Both the position numbers and the translations under genes were made by a program. Source: a virus. Taken from it: 64,000 bases of DNA. Positions 57,969 through 64,000 of the stretch are shown here, piece by piece. The notes below the pieces were generated by a model. That model was not told the DNA's origin and searched no databases. It saw only the letters and a program-made list of their open reading frames with translations. Positions within the stretch are counted from its first letter, which is position 1. Each line of letters starts with the position of its first letter. The stretch is from IMG/VR virus record IMGVR_UViG_3300042566_000762, positions 1 through 64,000 of that record; one strand, given 5' to 3'.

Positions 57969-58923
57969 ACCCTAAAGGAAATCCATTTCTAAATTCTGCA
58001 CTCATTTTGGGAACTATCATTTGATATGCCATTATTAATTCCTGTATACCATTATCCAAATTTACATGTGGTCTCCAACCGGTTTCTTCTATTTTTGAAT
58101 TTGATACAATATAGTTTCGTTTATCAGGGTCTTGATAATAATCATCGTATACTACTGCAAAATCTTTTACATATTTTTGTATTTTTTCCAATAATTCTTG
58201 TTTATTCAAATTTGCATCACTCAATCCAATATTAAAAACTTCTCCTTTATATCTTTCATATCTATCCAACATAAATGCAAATACGGATGCTACATCTCTA
58301 ATATGAATAAAATTTCTTTTAAATGTTTTTTCAAATACAACAATGTATTTATCGGTAATAGCTTTATAAACAAAATCATTTACTAATAAATCCGTTCTCA
58401 TTCTAGTTGAAACTCCAAATACGGTTGCTAATCTAAATACGATTGCATCAGTACAATTTCTTAAAAAATTTTCAGCTTCACATTTAGTTTGACCATAAAC
58501 CGATATAGGAGTGAGTGGAGATTCTTCATTACATTCCAATTCACCCGTTCCTAACCCATATCCACTATTTGTATTTGGATATAGAATTTTTTTATCTTTT
58601 CCGTTTGTAAATTTAACAATATTAACTATTTGTTGAAAGTTAATTTCTTTTGCAAGTTGTGGGTCTGCGTCGCATGCAGGAAACCCAACAATGGCTGCCA
58701 ATGGAATTATTACATCTGCTCCATCACAAAGTTTTTCTAATAATGTTTCATTACGGACATCACCATAAATAAATTTAAATTTAGAAGTATATGTATATCC
58801 CAATAAAGATGTTTGATTAAATAATAATTTATCTAATACCGTTACATTGTGGCCATCTTCCAATAATCGTTTTGTTATAACCGAACCTAAATATCCTGCA
58901 CCACCGGTAATGAAAACTTTCAT
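57952..58923 (-). CDS. NAD-dependent NDP-sugar epimerase/dehydratase (extended SDR)
   Basis: ITGGAGYLGS, LAAIVG.P, YGQTK (YxxxK), RLATVFG, RNFIHIRD. Confidence 0.93.
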   Translation of the reverse strand: MKVFITGGAGYLGSVITKRLLEDGHNVTVLDKLLFNQTSLLGYTYTSKFKFIYGDVRNETLLEKLCDGADVIIPLAAIVGFPACDADPQLAKEINFQQIVNIVKFTNGKDKKILYPNTNSGYGLGTGELECNEESPLTPISVYGQTKCEAENFLRNCTDAIVFRLATVFGVSTRMRTDLLVNDFVYKAITDKYIVVFEKTFKRNFIHIRDVASVFAFMLDRYERYKGEVFNIGLSDANLNKQELLEKIQKYVKDFAVVYDDYYQDPDKRNYIVSNSKIEETGWRPHVNLDNGIQELIMAYQMIVPKMSAEFRNGFPLGYANLG

Positions 58924-59702
58924 AACTTATTTTTAATATAAATATAAAATTCTTTTGAAAAATTGTCATGCCATAATTCTCCTGGGTGGTGATTATCTCT
59001 AGCTTTTAAATCATTTTTATAACAATTTATTGGGTCAAAAAATGTATCATAATTTATAGTAGAATTTAATTCCGATTTCAATTCTTTAAAAACATCGTAA
59101 TAATATCCAGCTATTGTATGAAATATTTTTATATTGTATAATTTTGCAATTACTTCTACGAATTTGTAAGCTTCCCAAAATGTCATTAAATCCTGATAAT
59201 CATTTCTTAATTGAACAAACATCAAATCTTCATCTTCGTTTTTCCAAACTAAATCCATATCATTGGCCATTCTAAATCCACCTATTTTTTTAAAAGAACC
59301 ATTTTCTTTAATATAATCTCTCCTACTAAAACCAGGCCACATTATCAAAACCATATCCGGTATAAATTCGGATGAAATTATTTTATATAATGTTTTCGCT
59401 ATAAATGAAGTCGATGCACCATACATTCCATAATTAAAAACTTTACCAAATTGTTCACCAATAAGATTTGGCCATATTTTTTCATTTTTAACACCAATAC
59501 CCATAGTCCAAGAACAACCCAATGTTAATATGTTATAATCGGATTTATCTTTTAATGGGTTAGAACGATACCCATGTTCATTCATTTTATACCAAATTGT
59601 ATTATCATCATTTGTATCACTTGCTAATGTTGGTAATATTTTATTTTTATATTGTTCAAATACAAAGACATCATCGGATAATATTTTTTCAAAATCTTTC
59701 AT
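58920..59702 (-). CDS. SGNH/GDSL-like protein
   Basis: N..GYRS, LGCSWTMGIGV, W, NYG..GAS, W...SR, ARDNHHPG..H. Confidence 0.75.
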   Translation of the reverse strand: MKDFEKILSDDVFVFEQYKNKILPTLASDTNDDNTIWYKMNEHGYRSNPLKDKSDYNILTLGCSWTMGIGVKNEKIWPNLIGEQFGKVFNYGMYGASTSFIAKTLYKIISSEFIPDMVLIMWPGFSRRDYIKENGSFKKIGGFRMANDMDLVWKNEDEDLMFVQLRNDYQDLMTFWEAYKFVEVIAKLYNIKIFHTIAGYYYDVFKELKSELNSTINYDTFFDPINCYKNDLKARDNHHPGELWHDNFSKEFYIYIKNKL

Positions 59703-61144
59703 TAAATAATTAAGTTATTTTGAATAGAATACAATTCGTTTATAAAATCTGCACCATATAATTTTGTGTTATTATATTCTAAAAATAATTTTTGATTATG
59801 TAGTAATATATCTTCCATTTTCCAATACCATTCATGCAATTCTTCATTTGACATTGAACACAATCTTTTAATTTCATTGTGTATAGCTATCATTCTATCT
59901 GCTGTCGACTCAATTGTATCATATGTCTCATCTATGAATCCGTCAAATGTTTTAAATCCTAAGTCTCTTAACAATTGTAAACCCCCTGCAAATGTTACAA
60001 ATATAAATGGTTGAAAATTAACAATAGGTTTAAATATTTTTTCAGTAAGAGATTTATGTTCACCATCTACCAATGTTTCAAATAATATTTCAAAATAAGA
60101 ATCCAAATGTGGTTTAAAATCAACATCAGTCCATGCATTTATTTCTCCGTAAGTATTTCCTGTTTCACTTTGTAAATTATGTGGAAACATCGTATATGCT
60201 GATTTAATTTTGTCTGCATCTATATCATGTAATTTATACTCAGATATTAAATGCCTTAAACTGGGTTCATTTAATCCGTTTGTTGATAAAAATGACCAAT
60301 CTCCATATTGTAATAAATCATCATTTATCATTCTATACATAACTGCCAACCTATGTAATCTGGCATTTCGCATTTTCATTAAGTATTTGTTTGGTCTTAT
60401 TGTATTTTTACTGTTATTAAAATCATCTATATTCATTGATAATTTTAAATTATTTTTTATGCCATCGGAATAAAACCAAGAACCATGGTCTAAACAAAAT
60501 GGTAAATTTCTAACTTCGTATTTTCTATCTTGTGGTTTAAACCAATTTTCATACAATTGTCTGGCATTAAAACTATTGACAACAACAAATATTGATGTTG
60601 ATGGTAATCCACTATTTTTTAAACATTCGGTTAATCCGTTATGCATGTTTAAATCTAAAAAAGGTTCCATTGTATAATCTATGTAAATAATTCCTTTTCT
60701 TTTTTTTACTTTTTCCAAAACTTCTCTTGAAATAAATTTCCAAAAATACGAACCATTTAATTTGTCAGCTATACCATTTTGAACGCCTGTGAATTGTGTA
60801 AATATTGGATTTGGTCTAATTGGATATATAAATTTTTTATTTGTATTTCTTTCAAATAAAACCGAAGATTCTTTATAATCTAAATGTTCTCTATAAACAT
60901 TGGCTTGGAAAAAATATCCATGTGCTGTATTGGGATTATGACCCATTGAATCTTCAAACATATCTTTCATAAAAATTTGATTACCTCTATCGGTTGTAGA
61001 TGCTTCAAATATTGTAGAATGCAATGTTCTATTTGTGTGGACAGACGATATATAATTTATGATACCCAGTTGGGTATCTAATGCATTTGGTAATATAAAA
61101 GTAGGAAATATGTAATCAAATACAAATGTTAATTGTTTTTTCAT
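59702..61144 (-). CDS. Glycosyltransferase-like protein (GT10-like TEK motif)
   Basis: R.HR, ET...LTEKIFKPI...QPFI....L..LR.LGFKTF..IDETYD. Confidence 0.6.
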   Translation of the reverse strand: MKKQLTFVFDYIFPTFILPNALDTQLGIINYISSVHTNRTLHSTIFEASTTDRGNQIFMKDMFEDSMGHNPNTAHGYFFQANVYREHLDYKESSVLFERNTNKKFIYPIRPNPIFTQFTGVQNGIADKLNGSYFWKFISREVLEKVKKRKGIIYIDYTMEPFLDLNMHNGLTECLKNSGLPSTSIFVVVNSFNARQLYENWFKPQDRKYEVRNLPFCLDHGSWFYSDGIKNNLKLSMNIDDFNNSKNTIRPNKYLMKMRNARLHRLAVMYRMINDDLLQYGDWSFLSTNGLNEPSLRHLISEYKLHDIDADKIKSAYTMFPHNLQSETGNTYGEINAWTDVDFKPHLDSYFEILFETLVDGEHKSLTEKIFKPIVNFQPFIFVTFAGGLQLLRDLGFKTFDGFIDETYDTIESTADRMIAIHNEIKRLCSMSNEELHEWYWKMEDILLHNQKLFLEYNNTKLYGADFINELYSIQNNLII

Positions 61145-61146
61145 AA

Positions 61147-61935
61147 TTAATAAAATAATTTAGGGCCTAACCAAAAGGCTTTATTAAATGGTTCTAAAAT
61201 GATTTTAGAGTAAATTTCATGTTGTAATTTAGTTGATTTATTATTAACGGCTTTTAGTGATAACTCATATCTTAGTTTAGATTCTAATGTATCGTATTCA
61301 GGAAAAGTTTCCTTTAAATATTGGTAATGCATCGTTTGAGTTGGGTGTGTATCATAGTCATTTTGGTCATCATATTTTACATATTCTAACTGATTTGGGT
61401 AGTTTTTACGTCTCCAATCATCCATAGATTCTTTCACATCTAACATATCATAAATTGAATCAAAATAATATTGTATTAATTTATTATCTTTATATTCATT
61501 TGATAATGAATTATTATTCATAGATGTCAAAAATGTGTGTTTAATATTTTTTAGTGTTAATATTTCTTTAATAGTTTTAATTGCAATAAATGATTGATAA
61601 ACTGACCATTCACTTGACCACATATTTTCTAAAAACTCATTTGATATGTCAGGATTGAAATAAATATTTCCACCATGCACCCAGTTATTTTTATTTCTAA
61701 AAGAAAGCCTATCCATATTAGTAAACATAACAATTACATAATCCGTTTGATTTAAATTTAAATTATTATTGACTTCTATAAATCTGTTCATTATAAAAGT
61801 ATTGGATGCACCACCTTGTCCAAAATTCATATATTCTTCAAAATTTGCACCCATATAATCGGCCCATGTTGCAGTAAAATATCCAGTATAACTGCAACCA
61901 AATGTTATTAGTCTTTTATTATTAAATGTAGTCAT
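61147..61935 (-). CDS. SGNH/GDSL-like protein
   Basis: TFGCSYT, TWAD, NFGQGGASN, DTHPT..H. Confidence 0.75.
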   Translation of the reverse strand: MTTFNNKRLITFGCSYTGYFTATWADYMGANFEEYMNFGQGGASNTFIMNRFIEVNNNLNLNQTDYVIVMFTNMDRLSFRNKNNWVHGGNIYFNPDISNEFLENMWSSEWSVYQSFIAIKTIKEILTLKNIKHTFLTSMNNNSLSNEYKDNKLIQYYFDSIYDMLDVKESMDDWRRKNYPNQLEYVKYDDQNDYDTHPTQTMHYQYLKETFPEYDTLESKLRYELSLKAVNNKSTKLQHEIYSKIILEPFNKAFWLGPKLFY

Positions 61936-62713
61936 TATTTTTCAATTTATCTAATATTATTTTGTATACTATTTCATGTCCTATATTTGATGTGTGCATT
62001 GTATTCATATCATCAGGATATTGATGGGAAAGTTTCATAAAATCTACATTGGCCAAATTTTTCATAGGAATATATTTATTAAATTCAACCAAATCATATG
62101 TTAAAAATATATGCTTAATACCTTTATTTTTTAATAATGAATGTGCTAAATTCATCATACCAATATCATATTGTCTTTGAATATTATCATCAAATATTTC
62201 TAAATAATATTCTTTTAATAATTTCATTCTAGTTTTACTTTCAGTATCAAATCTACTATAATAATTGGATTTCCAATTTGGATTGTCCATACAATTATCC
62301 ACATAATCAATTATACTATTAAAATTTTCAGTTAATAATTTACCATTATAATCACCATCTAATTGCATTGGATTTGGTATATTATATTTGTAACTATCTT
62401 TACCAAATGGTGGATATTGGTGATAATTCACATTGGTATTCTTAATATCTCCATTAAATTCATAATTTTCAGGAAACCATTCCGTTCGATTATATGTTGT
62501 AACACCGATGCACATTAAATCAATATTTTTATAATTTTCAATTGCATATTTTACTTGTAAAAATATAGAAAAATTAGAACTAGACCCTTTAGCTAAATTT
62601 ATTAAATTTAAATTTAATTTATCAGATAATAGTGAACCATATGGTTCTTTTTCTAAATTATGACAACCAATTCCTATATTAAAAGAATCTCCACAAATAA
62701 CTAAATTATTCAT
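61922..62713 (-). CDS. SGNH/GDSL-like protein
   Basis: CGDSFN.G, NLAKGSSSN, R.E, HTS..GH. Confidence 0.75.
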   Translation of the reverse strand: MNNLVICGDSFNIGIGCHNLEKEPYGSLLSDKLNLNLINLAKGSSSNFSIFLQVKYAIENYKNIDLMCIGVTTYNRTEWFPENYEFNGDIKNTNVNYHQYPPFGKDSYKYNIPNPMQLDGDYNGKLLTENFNSIIDYVDNCMDNPNWKSNYYSRFDTESKTRMKLLKEYYLEIFDDNIQRQYDIGMMNLAHSLLKNKGIKHIFLTYDLVEFNKYIPMKNLANVDFMKLSHQYPDDMNTMHTSNIGHEIVYKIILDKLKNNDYI

Positions 62714-63587
62714 ATATAAGTTTATTTTGTTTTATATAATCATATAATTCATTTGCCCATATCAAATGCGATTCTTCTGATGGATGCCAACCTGAATATG
62801 GGTTATTTATTGCATTTTGTTCCATAAAAGATTTAAATGTATTATTTTTTTTATTCTTTTTATAAAATCTAATAGAATCAATACTTTCCCACAATGATAC
62901 ATATTCTTGTTTATAGTATTCTCTTTCAAAATTTTTGTTAGTATGATATGGATGATTTTGTAAATGTAATTTTTGCAATTCCAATTTTATATCAATGTCT
63001 TTCCAAACTTCAATAGATGTTCCAACATTTTGATAAAAGGAATTAAATGATAACCATTTTATATTATTTGCTTTACAAAAATTTTCAAATTGTAAAATAT
63101 TCATAATATGTCTTGGTAAATATTCTTCTTTATTCCAAAGATATTCAACATAATAATTCCAAAATTCTTTTTGATTTTCTTTTTGTAGATTTTGAATGGA
63201 TGGCCAGATTCTCATATTGTAATTCAAATCTTCATCTTTATACCAAAAAGAATTTCGTTCAGGAGATGACCAACCAACTAATAAAAATAAATTATCAGTT
63301 GGGATATTTTTTACAATATAATTTGAGGTAACATATGTTATTATTCTGTTTAATATGGTATTATTATCATCTGCAGACCAACTTAAATTTATTACATCTG
63401 CGTCTAATAATTTACCTAAATGAGTTGAAAATATTTTAGATAATCTATATTCGTTATTTTCATTAATCCAATCATATTCTCCGGCATGAGTATTTGTTGG
63501 TTTATTTTTAAGTATATTTGGGTCTAATATTTCTGAACCAAATACCCAGCTATCCCCATCACAAATAATTTTTAATTTCTTTTCCAT
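62706..63587 (-). CDS. SGNH/GDSL-like protein
   Basis: DGDSWVFG, NLS....N..I, GWS..ER, HPSEESH..WA. Confidence 0.78.
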   Translation of the reverse strand: MEKKLKIICDGDSWVFGSEILDPNILKNKPTNTHAGEYDWINENNEYRLSKIFSTHLGKLLDADVINLSWSADDNNTILNRIITYVTSNYIVKNIPTDNLFLLVGWSSPERNSFWYKDEDLNYNMRIWPSIQNLQKENQKEFWNYYVEYLWNKEEYLPRHIMNILQFENFCKANNIKWLSFNSFYQNVGTSIEVWKDIDIKLELQKLHLQNHPYHTNKNFEREYYKQEYVSLWESIDSIRFYKKNKKNNTFKSFMEQNAINNPYSGWHPSEESHLIWANELYDYIKQNKLIYE

Positions 63588-64000
63588 TATATTAATTTTG
63601 CTTTAAACGCCGTTTCAGTATCGTGATATATTTTATTAAGTATTATTTTAGAAAAATCTCTATGTCCCTTATATGACCAATGTAAATCTTCTATTTCACC
63701 ATTGGTACAAGTTTTTATATTTTCATAAACTGTCCATAATTGTTCTACTTCCCAAAAAACCAATTTATCTATTTTTTTATTTTTTAAATATTTTTTAATA
63801 AAATCAAATCTTAAATTTTGTCTTTTTTTAGTATTTTCATCGCAAAGTAAAGATAAAAAATATTCTATATGTTCTATTTCATTTTTATTAAAATTCAATT
63901 GTTTTAATAATGCCGATGAATTTAAACTAATTGTATTAAATTTATAAATTATATCATTTTTAATATTAAATTCATTATTTGGAATATCAAATCTACTATA
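63587..64000 (-). CDS. SGNH-like protein, 5' end outside the window
   Basis: Frame stays open to 64000 (YSRFDIPN...); C-terminal DLHWSYKGH. Confidence 0.65.
   Translation of the reverse strand, partial: YSRFDIPNNEFNIKNDIIYKFNTISLNSSALLKQLNFNKNEIEHIEYFLSLLCDENTKKRQNLRFDFIKKYLKNKKIDKLVFWEVEQLWTVYENIKTCTNGEIEDLHWSYKGHRDFSKIILNKIYHDTETAFKAKLI

Noticed and set aside
54592-58082. Duplicated gene ends as DGR template/variable repeats
   Set aside because: No reverse transcriptase in the window, and the differences are not adenine-specific
757-63331. Numerous + strand ORFs in the track (e.g. 3946..4320, 38403..38846, 52482..52847)
   Set aside because: All are antisense shadows of well-supported - strand genes with no recognisable motifs
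1-64000. Stop-codon recoding as seen in some large phages
   Set aside because: Core genes are full-length in the standard code, and both TAG and TGA end genes (e.g. bS21 TAG, rmlC TGA)

Overview
A 64-kb, AT-rich segment of a large T4-like myovirus. Every credible gene is on the - strand and reads in the standard genetic code. In transcription order (right to left): (1) an accessory glycan-modification island (about 53.3-64 kb) with six SGNH-like proteins, a GT10-like protein, an NDP-sugar epimerase, RmlC, a SET methyltransferase, a 2OG oxygenase, a sulfotransferase and a TPP-dependent E1 alpha/beta pair, interrupted by several duplication-deletion relic mini-genes; (2) the head module, with a 1419-aa multi-enzyme protein, TerL, portal, prohead protease, a phage ribosomal protein bS21 missed by the ORF track, scaffold and major capsid; (3) neck genes gp13/gp14/gp15; (4) about 30 kb of fibre, LamG and chaperone genes plus a glycosyltransferase and a Hint-domain protein; (5) tail sheath and tail tube. 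A Bacteroidota host is inferred from bS21 and from TTTG-N19/20-TATATTTA promoters. The best candidates for undescribed biology are a virion-wide [S/T]-[G/A]-S motif paired with phage-encoded glycosylation and branched-sugar enzymes, a bS21/Shine-Dalgarno switch at the scaffold gene, protease-cleaved head polyproteins, and in-frame chimeric relics of an accordion-like sugar locus. All calls come from reading motifs by eye; no database searches were run.
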